A stretch of 62,200 nt of DNA, counting the filler. It is 4 parts of 4 records of this genome, joined end to end, with 100 filler letters (N's around TTAATTAATTAA, not from the genome) between each part and the next. Parts side by side here need not be neighbours in the genome. Positions count along the whole stretch, not along the records: positions 8,479 to 28,714 come from SRR20825019_3109; positions 28,815 to 51,467 come from SRR20825019_3110; 2 more parts are not named here. One strand, written 5' to 3'. The position numbers were made by a program, and so were the translations under genes. This document shows positions 17,999 to 29,346 of the stretch, piece after piece; position 1 is the first letter of the stretch; every line of letters starts with the position of its first letter. The notes beneath the pieces are model-generated. The model searched no databases and had not been told where the DNA came from. It was given only the letters and a program-made list of their open reading frames with translations.

Positions 17999-20436
17999 TT
18001 ACACATTGGAGTTGGACCTAGCCTGGTTAATGCTGGTCCTGCGCTGCTCGTGGGCGCGCTTCTCCATCTCAAGTTTGAGCTCCTCCATCTTCTCCATGGC
18101 AAGCTTCTCCTTGTACTCGTCACGGGCAATACCCATACGGACAGCATCAACCTGGTCGGGGATGAGCCTGGTCATCAATATCTTGCCGCAGATGAGGAAG
18201 TGCTCAATGCCGACCACAATCAACATGCGCCACTTCCAGTCTTTCACTCCAAACTTCTCGGGAAGCTGGTCGGATGTAAACAGGATGATGAGGCAGTTGG
18301 TGACGGTACAAGCAAGTGCCATGAACTCGAACACGGCAAACCACGAGCCGATGTCCTCGCCACCAAGGTAGTGGGGTTTCTTGGCGGAGAGAATCTTGTA
18401 GGCGTCAGTGCGGATCTCGATCAAGTTGTTGAGCAGAGCGGCAAGGGCAGCAAGAGGGAACGCAGCGGCGAAGAGAGTCACGTAGCCAAACTGGACAGCC
18501 ATTTCGTTGAAGTCGTCGCGGACATTCTCGTATCCGGGCCAGCCAGCCTCGCGCATAGCTCCCTTAGTTGCGGCGTCGTCACCCTTACTGGAAGCCTTGC
18601 AGAGAGTGCCCTTAATGAGGCCACCAATGAACCTGCGCAGACACAGTAACATCAGTTTACATCCACGACTAACCTGCGAGATCGCACTTACCACTTGATG
18701 AAGGGCTTGATGAACTCAAGAGTCTGGCCCACAATGATCATCGAGATGAACATAGAAGCCAACTGGGCGCTCAGTGCATTCATGCTGCGCTCCTTGTATG
18801 CCAACCAACACAACGAGGAATAGGAATTGCAGAACTGGAAGGCAAAGGACTTAACGATGTATGAGTCCTCCCAATCGGTCGGGGTGCGGTGGTTCTCAAA
18901 GTCGTTCAGGATCCATGCGATCTTCTTGAAAATCTTATTGGTGATGATAATGAGGAAGGAGTTAAGAATGCCAGCGCCGACCTTCCACTTGCCACCGTCA
19001 AGGTTGCGGAGCTGAGGTAACTAGATGTCAGTCGCAGCGCATAACTCTCAGACATTACAAGACTTACCAATATAATACCATACGTAGCGCCAAGGACAAT
19101 TGCGAGCATGAAGAGCAGGATGGGAATCGTGGCGAACAAGGTCTTCAAGATCCGCTTCCACTCCGGGTAGTAAATCTCATCAGTGCCGGTAATGGGGGAA
19201 ATCCTGTCACGACCAGTGTACTGGGGGCGGGGCTCCTCCTCCTCCTCATAGTCAAGCATGTCCCACTGGAAGGCAAGGAAGGACTGCTGCCTCTTCCAGA
19301 ACTCCAAGAATATGGTGGCCCAAATGGCCAAGAATACGGCATAGACAATAGTTCCAACGTAGTCGTTTGACTTCAAACCAACACCAATTACGAACACAAT
19401 TAAACCCACGATAGCAGGGGCCCACTGCAACAGAAGACTTAGAGAATGAACCAACGTAATACGGATACAGGTACGCACAAGCCAGGTGGTATAGAACCCA
19501 AGGAAAGAGAAGTACAGGGCAACTTGCTCTCCAAAATAGTCGCGAATCTTATCAATAGGTTGCATCCATTTCTGCAAACTTTTGTTAGCGCGCGCGGTTT
19601 GCAAGTCAGCGAAAAGAACTCACGAAAGGATTAATGTTGACCCAGCCGAAGACCCACTCCCGCATGAGCTCCCTGCGAACAGGCTCGTTGTGAAGAGGGA
19701 AAACATCAAGGAAGAGCTTGCGGTGCTTCAACTTGGGATCTTCATCATTCCAGGACCGGTACACAGTCTTCGAAGAGCAATCCAAGCCGGCCCCGCCCTT
19801 GTTCACCTTGCGGCTAAGGAGCGTGTAGATAAGGCGCTGGCGCTCAGACTTGTCGAAAAGGGTACCGTTGTCGAGCACTTCCTGGGTAACGAAGTCGTCC
19901 CGCTTGAAGCGGAAGTACTCCGTGTAGTTCGGGATGATCGACTCGGTGGAACCGTCAAGTTTGAGGCCCATATCTAAGGCCACCAGGGTCCGAGCCTCGC
20001 GCGAGAGCTCCTTGGACATACCAATCTCCTCGGCGGTCCTTTCGATGGTCTCCTCGTCAGCTCGAATCTTATAAATAACACGTTTGCCATCGGGGCTTAG
20101 AGACGACGGCGAGATGTGCAGCCCAGAGTTTTCAATCCGGCGGAGCACAGCGCGACGGTCGGAGTTCATCATTTCATTGTTCTTACGGTCAGTCTCAGAG
20201 GCGTTTTCCTTTTCCTGAGGGACCTTAAACATAATGACATAGTCCCAGGTATCGTCGTCGTCGTCGTCATATTCATCTTCGCCGTGCAGAGGCTCGTTAA
20301 GCGGTTTGCCCATATTGTCTTGGGACATCCTCTTCAGCTCGGTATCCATCTGCAGCAAAAAAAAATCAATTTCGTTAATCGATTATTTCAACAAACCACT
20401 CACCTTGAGATTATACTCTTTTTCGGTAAAGGGCAT
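17999..20436 (-). CDS. Anoctamin/TMEM16 family channel or scramblase, multi-exon
   Basis: VFPLHN, QPIDKIRDYFGEQVALYF, FLEFWKR, DDFNEMAVQFGYVTLFAAAFPLA, NNLIEIRTDAYK, IGSWF; start inferred from short first exon MPFTEKEYNLK then GTGAGT. Confidence 0.9.
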
Positions 20437-21819
20437 GCTCTGTGGTGTTCTCTTGAGACAGCAGAACTTTTTCACCTTAGCTAACACACGTGCCCGCTGT
20501 CCGCCCTGTACACAACCCCAGAGTTGGTTCTTCAGCTCGCTGAGTAAGTGGATCAAGTGGCGCCCGCCTACCACAGTCCTGCCAACTGGATCGCAGGAGA
20601 CACTAGGGGGCTTGTGCATTCGTTTAGGCCGCCATGGTTTCGCTCACTATCACAGTCAAGGGATGAGTGCCTCGGGGATGGTCATGAGACGGAGAGGAGG
20701 GGCGGGAGGAGGGATCTCAGTGATGACTCGAGGGGCGGTGTCGGCCGTTGAGCCTCAGGACTGCCGGAGCCGACCGAGACGGGACGGTGTACCCAACTTG
20801 CTGCAGCAAAGATCGAGGTCCAGCGAGCACGGCATCGTCGACGTGCCACCGTCGGGACGATGGACGCGCTGACGCCGTCCGGCCCGCGCCCGGCCGGCCC
20901 GGGGGCGCCGAGCGCCTGCGGTCGCTGCTGGGGACTGCGGAATCGGGCGACGACTGGACGCAGGCGGCCGCAGCCGGAGCCGCCCCCAGTACTCCGCGTG
21001 ACCGGCCCCGGCCCGCCGGAGTGCCGCTGAAGCACGGGGGTGGTCGAGGCGGCCTCGGGCCGGAGATTGAGTGTGAGGGCCATATAGATACAACATATAT
21101 TTTCAGGACGTAATCACATTCACACACTTATGTTACTCGTGTCCAAAGTAAATTCAAATTTTTTTGAAGGGCTACCGAGTGGATTGGGGCCGCATGGCGC
21201 TCAAACCTCCGGGCGGTCTCTCAGTGAAGGCCGGGCACCCCCGGCGCACCCCCGGCCCCGGCGCGCGCCCCCGCGGCGCCCGGCGGGCGGCCGGGCGCAA
21301 AGTGCCGGGGGGGCCTGCCCCGGCGTGGCGTGGGCCGGCCGGCGCGCCCGGGCCGCCCACCCGACTCACCCGGCCAGACGTCCGGCTTTCTGGCAGAGCA
21401 TTGCGCGCCCGTCGCCAGGCTCCGAGCGTACAGTCGCGGTGACTATCGCGCCCACAACCTTGGCCCAGTCCACGGCCCCGCCGCTGACCGGGCCGGCCGG
21501 CCGGCTCGTCCGCCCTCGCAGGCCTGCACACTCCGCCTCGGGATGATAGGGGCGGGCAGGGTGCCACCCGTGAGCTCCTCGTCGAGGTTAGCCCGGTCCG
21601 TCCCCGGATATCCACCGCGAGGCCGCCGGCGGGCCGCCGGCGGCCGCCCCACCGGGACGTGAACTGCCCGTGGGCTGTCGGCGCTGGAACACTCGAGTTA
21701 CCAGGACGTTCTACTGACAGCCGCTGGCTGGTCCCATGCTACGGCCGAGAGAGCCAGGGAAGCATAAGTATTGGAGTCGCCGATGGATGACTTAAAGCGT
21801 TGCTGCCACAAAGAAGGCC

Positions 21820-23686
21820 ATGTCGGGCCGTGACGTTGACTTTTGTGTCGAGTCGACCTTTCACAATGTCGAATATACCGTCAGTGTGTACACTAGCAAC
21901 AATGAGAGTCTTGTGGTGCTTATAGAGGAGAAGAGCAGTGGACACACGTGGCGTGGCGAGTTCTCCGCCAGATGTGAGTTGCACGAAGATATCTAGTGGT
22001 CGCTGTTTCTGACTCTACTCTGCAGACATCGAGGAGATTACGCACAAGACGGGAAACTTCAAGAAGTTTGGTGTTTTCGTGAAGATGCTGGTTACCTCGC
22101 TGACGCAGTCTAGCGAGACTGTGTTCTGTGACTTGTTGACGTATGCTGACTTGGAGGTGTTGAAGAACCGCAGAAATGTGCGGAAGGGGGGCATGAACAA
22201 CAGCACCATGAGCAATGCCTCGGGGGCAGCTGGGCATGGTCAGAAGAGCTCAAAGAGGTACCTCATCCTTACTTATGCTGTGGAGTTTGACCGCGTGCAT
22301 TACCCGCTGCCGCTGTCGTTCGAGGAGGTGCCAGATGCTCGCACTCTTCAGAAGACTGTGAAGAGACTCCGGGGTGAGCTGGAGCAGCGGCGTGCGGCCG
22401 AAGGTGACTTGAGCAGCTATGAAGCAAACAAGCTGGTTAAGGAGAACGAAGCGTTGAAGATGAAGCTTCGAAGCATGGAGACCTATGAGGGTGGTCTGAA
22501 GGTGTCGACCAAGGTCCACAACGATGAGATCAAGATGTTGCAGGAGGAGCTGGCCCTGAGCAACCGGGAGAAGGAGGAGCTCGAGGCGACCCTGGACCGG
22601 ACCCGCCGGGAGTCCAACAAGCAGATCCGGGCTATGCAGAAGGAATGCGAGGCATTGGCGGACAAACTCGATGCGCAGGCGATGGACATGTCTGGTCTTC
22701 GGCGGAGAATGATTGAGGATGGGACACTGCCGGGTGATGTGAGGAATCTGCAGAAGCAGATTGTGAACCTGCAGGACCAGATGACGGAGGAGCGGAGCTC
22801 CCACAAGAAGGCCATGACCAAGAAAAAGAAAGAGCTCGATCAGGTACTGGACGAGCTTGATAAGGTGCGGGATAGTGAGCGCAAGCTGCGGACAAAAATC
22901 AGGGAGCTCAACCACGAGATGGAGCTACAGAGGAAGAGGAATGCAGTTGCATCCAGGGGCCGGCAGACGTATCAGCCCCCGTCGCGAAACTCGGGCGGAC
23001 GGGCCAACACCCCTTCATACATGGCTCCTGTGCATAGGCCCAGCTCGGCCCCGACTAACTATGGCAGGACTCCTTCGGCCGAGCGTGCGCGCCGGCCATC
23101 ATCAGCGTCATCACGCGCGAGCAGTACAGGATCCCGGAATGGATCGACCGACAGGCAACGCCCCATTCGCCCCAGCTCCGCTGAACGTGCGAGGAAAGAG
23201 AGCCCCTCGGCAGGGCGCCCCAGCAGCGCCGATCGGCAGAGACAGCTAGAGCGCCAGAGAGCTGCAGCCAACAGGTCAATTGAGCGGCAGCGTGCGGCTC
23301 GTGGAGAGCTGAAGCCCTCGTCCGCCCGGGACACTAGTGTTCGATCAGACAGATCTGGAAGGGCGACCCCAACCAGGTCGGCGAGGACCCCTTCGCCGGG
23401 CCTGCGCGAGCGCAAGACGCAGCGGCACTCTGGCGAATACAATAGTAACATCTACACTGGCGCACAAGCATCGGGGACTGGGAAGCGCAGCGCTAAGTCC
23501 CCGGGATCTCACGGGATGAATCGGGTTGCGGGGTCTTCTGGGGGCGCGGGTCAGGACGAGAATTCGAGGATGTATGGGGCAGCAAAAGACAAGACCTCGG
23601 CGGAGATTTCAGACATAGATGCTCGTCTCAATGCTCTCCAGAACTTCTTGAAGCAGGCCAAAGCCAACAGTGGGCGCTATAAGTAA
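21820..23686 (+). CDS. CCDC61: Centrosomal/basal body protein CCDC61 (VFL3), 2 exons
   Basis: Exon 1 21820-21973, intron 21974-22025; WRGEF...IEEITHKTGNFKKF..F..ML, DLLTYADLE, KRYLILTYAVEFDRVHYPLPL; long coiled coil; C-terminal IDARLNALQNF. Confidence 0.9.
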
Positions 23687-24087
23687 ACATGAAATATGCT
23701 CGTATCATTAGTCGAAGACATTTGTAATGCTTCTAAATATAGTATCATATTTAAGACGTCTTGTTGTGGGCTGGCCGCCGCAGGCCGCAAATCTTCGGCC
23801 TCGAGCGGTGCGGGGGAGCAGGGGCCGCTCGGTCACTCACTCGGCGCGGGGCCGAGCCCCGGGGGCGGATCGCTCGGGCGCGCGCCCCCCGGGCCGGCGT
23901 GGCCGGCCCGCCCTGCAACGCGCCGGGGCGGCTGAGCCCCCGGAGGACTCCGAGGCTCAGCTCCCGGCCTGCCTTCCTGCGTCCGGCCCCGGGGGGGTTG
24001 GGAGCCGCTTGCACCCAGCCTCCGTCCAAGGTTGCATTCAGGCGTTTACAAGAAAGAGTGTCGACAGTCTTGTAAAACAAGACAACT

Positions 24088-25638
24088 ATGCAACACAACG
24101 AAACCACAGCAGAACCCGAGTGGGAGGGCGGTGAGCACGTGAGTTGGATGTTAGAGTGCTATCACTCTTAGTACCTAATGTAGTTGTACAGGGGGGGGAA
24201 TATGACGAAGAATATGACGAAGAATATGACGAAGAAGAAGCGGACTTGTCTGAGCAGCTGAGAACAGGGGTGGTGTTCCAAAAAGGGGCCGGGGTAAGAT
24301 AATGAGGTGAGATGCTTGACGGATTTCTTAGATCAACGACCCCATGCAGTATGACCCGAACGTTTGGGACGACAGCGCTCTCATTAATGCGTACGAGGCT
24401 TCCATACGCGAGTACCAGGACGCCCATGCACCAAATAACAAGCAGAAGGCCAGTCCGAAAGATCGCAGTCACCAGCCGAAACCCGCTGCGCCAGAACCGA
24501 AGGCGGCGAACTTGCGGGATGTGAAGACACAGGTCCGGCCGAACACGAGGAGTGCTGGCCGAACTAGGGGCGGTGGAGATGGTAAAGAGAAGAGAGAGAA
24601 GGCACAGCCGCCGGCAACTGGGCGCGGGTTGTTCGCGGAGGCGGATAGGCCACATGCCTTCAAGCCCCAACGTGAGGACACGTGTCGCCAGTTTGGCTCT
24701 GTTTGTTTGGCGCCTTGCTGACTACCCAATCTTGGCAGTGATGCCGGGCTTAGAGATGTTCGATTCACACCACCCGACCAACGCATGGTATGAGAACCAT
24801 CCCTGCTTCCCGTTGTTGACTGTCATATGACACTGAGAACAGGGTGGAGTCTATTCCGACGGGACCTGCACAGGCGCAGGCTGTGCAGTCTGCCCAGTAT
24901 TACGCGAGCATCGGTGCTGCTTGGCAGGACTATGCGCAGCAGTTCTATGACCCGTCACAAGCTCACATGGCCGCGAGGATGAACTCATGGGGAGGGTACG
25001 GACCGCAGCAACCGCGGCAACAGCAATACCACCAGGGATACCCGTCAGAATATGGGAGGCCGTCTCAAGGCGGTCCGCCCCCTTACCATACCACTCAAGG
25101 CCACCCTCCGCCCAGTCACTATCGCTATCCGCAGCCACATTACGCAGCACCACAACCGACGAATAAGATGGGGGGCCATTCTCTTCCCAGGCCTATGTCA
25201 TTTGGCGGGGGGCGAACGTGAGTGTTGAGGGATGACGTGGCTGCGGTCCTCTATTGCTGATTGAACCGCCGCAGGCCAACCCCGAACAACATCGAGTTTT
25301 ATGAGAATGGACAAAGGATTCCCAGGGATGAGATACCGTCGACTTCAGCAGGAAATGTCCCACCATGTGGCCCTGATGCTGGTGCCGCGGCCAACACAGC
25401 GGCCCCCGGGGGTATGATGGGCCCAGGTGAGTCCATATTGGTGTATATTGCGCATGGCATGTGACTTCAGGAGCAGGAATGCCCTTGCCAGAGGACGAGT
25501 CCTTGGCAAACTTGTGTCTTGCTTGGTATTATAGGTAAGAGCAAGGTGTACCGAGTAGTGTGGATCTCACCTTCCTCTAGTGGATTTTATACTGGCCAGT
25601 ATCAGGCAATGAGGCAACAGAATTCTCAGAACCGCTAA
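24088..25638 (+). CDS. SMN: Survival motor neuron (SMN)-like protein, multi-exon
   Basis: Gemin2-binding motif VWDDSALINAYE and C-terminal YG box LANLCLAWYY/SGFYTGQYQA after splicing; Pro/Gln/Tyr-rich middle; several short GT-AG introns. Confidence 0.82.
24198..24233 (+). repeat. 3 x 12-bp coding tandem repeat (GAATATGACGAA, encoding EYDE)
   Basis: Three exact copies inside the second SMN exon. Confidence 0.85.
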
Positions 25639-25752
25639 AATATGCGAAGCAAACAGCGGCAGCTGCTAGCTCCCTCTCAGTTTATGCAAGTGGATTCAAG
25701 GAGGATAGTGAATAGAATAGAGTGAATTCCCAATTTTTGCTTTAATCGCGAC

Positions 25753-28410
25753 TTAATGATGATTCTGGCTAGCAGGCTCAGGCTTAGTGGCTTTCTCTAG
25801 AGCCGCGCAGGCACTCTGGAAAACTTCAGAGCCGCCAACAACATCATTAAGGTTCCTCTTTGCAATCTCGCCAACCGAGGCGGTCCTGGCAGCGTGCTCA
25901 CCAGTAGACTTGCCAAGAGCATGGCAGTATTTCCTCATTTCATCAACCTTCATGTTGTGCTCTTCCTCCACCTCATCATGCGTTGGCACCCGTGCCAATG
26001 CTACGTTAAGCTTAGCATGAACGTCACTGATAACCCCAGAGACAGCCTTGCGCTGCTTCTCAAAGTCTGCCTCCAACGCCTTGTTCTTCAGGTCAAGGTT
26101 GCTAATTGTCGACATCAGGCTCTCCAGCTTGGTGTTGGTAGTGGCAAGTGCGGTCTGGAGACGATCCAACTGCCCGAGCTGAAGATTCTCAATGCTTTTA
26201 GAGCGAGTCTCAATCTTAGTCTCGTAGTTGTGGGACTTGTGTTGGGCATCCTTCTCCAATCCAAGGAGTTCCCCATCCATTGAGGCCTTATTCTGCGACT
26301 CGGCCGAACCGAGATCATTCTTCAAGACTCCGACGCGAGCCTTCGTGTTCTCAAGATCTTGGCCCATGTGGGTTTCCTGCGTGTGTGCCTTGTTCTTCAT
26401 CTCTTCCAACTGCTGCTTGATCTTCAACAGATGCTGATACTCCTCAATAGCGATTTCAGCAAGACCCTTCTTAACAGACTGAATCACGTGGTGCATATAG
26501 TCCTGACGGTGCTGCAAATTACGAATATTGTTGTTTTGGAAGTTCTCATGGGTGTCGGCAAGCCGCTTCACCTTGATTTCAGTCCTCTTCTTGTAATCAT
26601 TGGCCATTCGCACAGCGTTTTCTTGCAAATCGCGCTTGGCGCTCTTAATCCTGTGCGCAGTATCGATCTTGAACCTGGCCGTCAGTGCCTTCAGCAGCGT
26701 GCGCAGAGAGCGCAACTCTCGGTGGTGCTTCCTCTTCAGGCGGAAGCGTCTGATGTAGAATCCCGTCAGCGCATGCAGGGCCTTGTGCAATGGTTCCTTT
26801 GAAGCTCTAACAATAACGGCATCATCCTTACGAATTTCCTTGACCTCTTTCTTGATATCCTCGGTGAATTCCTTGGAATTATGATTGCCCGCAGTCTGGA
26901 CCTTCACGGAATCGCGACGGACGTACTTGTCAGGGGATCCCACCAAAACATCTTGAATCTTCTTGGACACAGTGTTGAGATCAGCGATGTGGTCTCGCAC
27001 TCGCGTGGACTCCTCGTCGAGGCCGTCTGCCATGGACTCCTGCACATGGTGAGAACGACGTTGAACAGCCTCAGACTGGGTAAATTCATTCTGGTCCCTG
27101 GCAAGAGCACCAGAAACATCACCAATCCGACGCTTGTGGCTGCCACGCTTCTCTTCTATGGCGCCAAGCAAAGCGTGGAGTTTTTCGGCACGCCGAGCAG
27201 ACTGTTCCTTCTCGTGACTGACAGCGGCCATTTGCGACTCCCTGATCCGCTTGTTCCTTTCCCAAGGCATCTCACCGCTAAATCCAAGGAACTGCTTGAA
27301 CTGCGTGATTGCCCTCTTCGAGTTTTGGGCCTGCCCAGGCATTGGTGGCATCATATTGACATCCATAAGCAGACGCATGCGATCGTTAACGGATCGCATA
27401 CGCGTCAGCAGATGGGTTACATCAATACCAGTCAGATCGGATACAGTCTGAGGTACTTGCATGGAGCTGTGCAGGAAACCGGAGGAGCGCAACCAGCGGA
27501 CACAATTGTTGGTGCCGTGCTGGCGCTGCTGCAGCTGCCGTAGTCCTGAAGTAATCTCACCAACGCCATGGAATTGGGAAATGGCAAATCCGAACGCTGC
27601 TTGCATGATGTTGACGGGGACCTGCTGATGACGAGCCTGTTGCTCAATCAGGGCGTTGATGTCACCCTGCAGAGATGAGCAAGACCTCTGGATCTCACGC
27701 TCGCAGTTACGGCCTGTCCAGATTCCCCTGCACCTACAGACGCAGCCCCTCCACGGAGAGCTGTGATGGCCACCATGCTGACACCTACCGATACTGCACG
27801 CTTGCATAACATTGTTAATGTTGGTCCAATGCACATATCTGTCGGGAAGGCCAGCAGTACGACAGGCCATGACGGCACTATTGTGGTTAAAGCCGTCATC
27901 GCAAACAGAGCCCCACTGTCCGTGGTGATAAAACTCAAGACGACCAAAGCCCTGGCGATTGAGGGTGGCCACGCGCATCCGCTTGCCGGCAGCATGTCCC
28001 TTGTAACAGTCCTGGTGCTGATGCCACCTACAACAAAGCGCCACGTCTTCGTGATGGCCGCAATTGTGGTGCCCAATCCTTGTATGGTGGCAGTAACGAA
28101 CCAAGTCATTACCGTGCATGTTGCACGACCATACATCATCCAACCAAATACGACGAGGAGTGGGCGACACCCAGCTTGACTGGGCTTGTGCCTGCTCCGC
28201 ACTCAAAGCCTTCTCCTGCGTTTTGACCATAGAACCAGCCTTAGATGAAGTCATCACCTTAGCAAACGCGTTTGTTGAGGCTGCTGCATTAGCAGCTTCA
28301 GAAGCCTTCTCTCCAGCCCGGGCGAACGCCTCCTCACTGGTTGCGAGTGACACGCTCACCAAGGCGAGCCCGATCAGGACAACTGCCCCAGTTGCCACGT
28401 GCCGACCCAT
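25753..28410 (-). CDS. Secreted protein: signal peptide, permuted SRCR-like domain, EGF-like module, long coiled coil
   Basis: 885-aa intron-free ORF; hydrophobic N-terminus; IWLDDV..C, HNCGHHEDVALCC, GRLEFYHHGQWGSVCDD; CQHGG...CVCRC..IWTGRNCE; heptad-rich C-terminal two thirds. Confidence 0.8.
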   Translation of the reverse strand: MGRHVATGAVVLIGLALVSVSLATSEEAFARAGEKASEAANAAASTNAFAKVMTSSKAGSMVKTQEKALSAEQAQAQSSWVSPTPRRIWLDDVWSCNMHGNDLVRYCHHTRIGHHNCGHHEDVALCCRWHQHQDCYKGHAAGKRMRVATLNRQGFGRLEFYHHGQWGSVCDDGFNHNSAVMACRTAGLPDRYVHWTNINNVMQACSIGRCQHGGHHSSPWRGCVCRCRGIWTGRNCEREIQRSCSSLQGDINALIEQQARHQQVPVNIMQAAFGFAISQFHGVGEITSGLRQLQQRQHGTNNCVRWLRSSGFLHSSMQVPQTVSDLTGIDVTHLLTRMRSVNDRMRLLMDVNMMPPMPGQAQNSKRAITQFKQFLGFSGEMPWERNKRIRESQMAAVSHEKEQSARRAEKLHALLGAIEEKRGSHKRRIGDVSGALARDQNEFTQSEAVQRRSHHVQESMADGLDEESTRVRDHIADLNTVSKKIQDVLVGSPDKYVRRDSVKVQTAGNHNSKEFTEDIKKEVKEIRKDDAVIVRASKEPLHKALHALTGFYIRRFRLKRKHHRELRSLRTLLKALTARFKIDTAHRIKSAKRDLQENAVRMANDYKKRTEIKVKRLADTHENFQNNNIRNLQHRQDYMHHVIQSVKKGLAEIAIEEYQHLLKIKQQLEEMKNKAHTQETHMGQDLENTKARVGVLKNDLGSAESQNKASMDGELLGLEKDAQHKSHNYETKIETRSKSIENLQLGQLDRLQTALATTNTKLESLMSTISNLDLKNKALEADFEKQRKAVSGVISDVHAKLNVALARVPTHDEVEEEHNMKVDEMRKYCHALGKSTGEHAARTASVGEIAKRNLNDVVGGSEVFQSACAALEKATKPEPASQNHH

Positions 28411-28714
28411 GTGTTATCAGGTGTGACTCGTGACTACAGAGCCTAACAACTTGACAACTAGTTTTGGACTATTGGAACAGATCTTTGCAGAACGGATACT
28501 AATAATGGATACCTGGCCTGCTTCGCGCATGCCTCATCTCCGGCTTCCAGCTGTGGGATCTCGTACCCCTCCACTGCTAACAAGCTTAGTAAGTGTTAGT
28601 GCCCGGACGGGGCCTAGCGCCCCTAGTCTTCACTGTGCGATATTGTGTTATTGAGTAAGTGTGCAGTAGCCCGGCCAAAGAGCCTCCACGCCCCCCCCCC
28701 CCCCCCCCCCCCCC

Positions 28715-28814
28715 NNNNNNNNNNNNNNNNNNNNNNNNNNNNNNNNNNNNNNNNNNNNTTAATTAATTAANNNNNNNNNNNNNNNNNNNNNNNNNNNNNN
28801 NNNNNNNNNNNNNN
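28715..28814. other. Artificial contig spacer
   Basis: 44 N + TTAATTAATTAA + 44 N. Confidence 0.99.
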
Positions 28815-29186
28815 AGTTTTCTTCATTTTTTGAAGAATCATCGCGCTTAATTCTTGTGGTGTGTACAAACGTCCGTCAATATCTACACGAGCAGTGTCAT
28901 TATCACCTTTTACAACTTTATATGCTGCGTGTTCCGCTTCATTTTTAGATTCGGAATATTTATTCCCCATAAATCTTTTTATGGAGCTGATTGTTTTTGT
29001 AGGGTTTGTAACCGCCTGACGCTTTGCAGGATCTCCTACTTTAATTTCGCCGCCTTCCACAAATGCAATTACAGAAGGGGTTGTTCTTTTTCCTTCGGCA
29101 TTAGGAATAACCGTTGGCTCGCTACCTTCCATTACGGCAACACAGGAGTTGGTTGTACCTAAGTCGATTCCAATTATTTTACTCAT
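28815..29186 (-). CDS. dnaK: Chaperone DnaK, N-terminal part (truncated by contig end)
   Basis: [21 protein letters not shown]...[10 protein letters not shown]...AKRQAVTNP. Confidence 0.97.
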
Positions 29187-29243
29187 ATCTATTGTTTATT
29201 GTTATTATTTATTTCTAAATTTTTTATTTACGGACTGTATAAG

Positions 29244-29258
29244 ACAATGATTGTGCCA
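29244..29258 (-). promoter_or_regulatory. Possible sigma-54-like -24/-12 promoter upstream of dnaK
   Basis: Minus strand TGGCAC-AATCA-TTGT versus consensus TGGCAC-N5-TTGC, about 60 nt before the ATG. Confidence 0.4.
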
Positions 29259-29346
29259 GCGAAAAGATTATGACATGATGGCAGAGATTCATTAAAAAGT
29301 AGTAATAGCAATAGTCAAGCGCTAAATTTCAAATATCAATGCTCGT

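Noticed and set aside
20718-20872. Possible C/D box snoRNA (GTGATGA ... CTGA)
   Set aside because: No terminal stem or recognisable rRNA guide; such short boxes occur by chance
21150-21195. Sm-site-like AATTTTTTTG suggesting a spliceosomal snRNA
   Set aside because: No U1, U2, U4 or U5 signature sequences nearby; kept only as part of the intergenic-architecture finding
24198-24233. 12-bp tandem repeat as a regulatory or CRISPR-like array
   Set aside because: No spacers; in-frame coding repeat within an SMN exon
28691-28714. C24 homopolymer as telomere or G-quadruplex element
   Set aside because: Sits at the contig end and is most likely a poly-G sequencing artefact or assembly break
8480-28714. 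Horizontal transfer of eukaryotic genes into a bacterium
   Set aside because: Separate contig bounded by artificial spacers and containing spliceosomal introns
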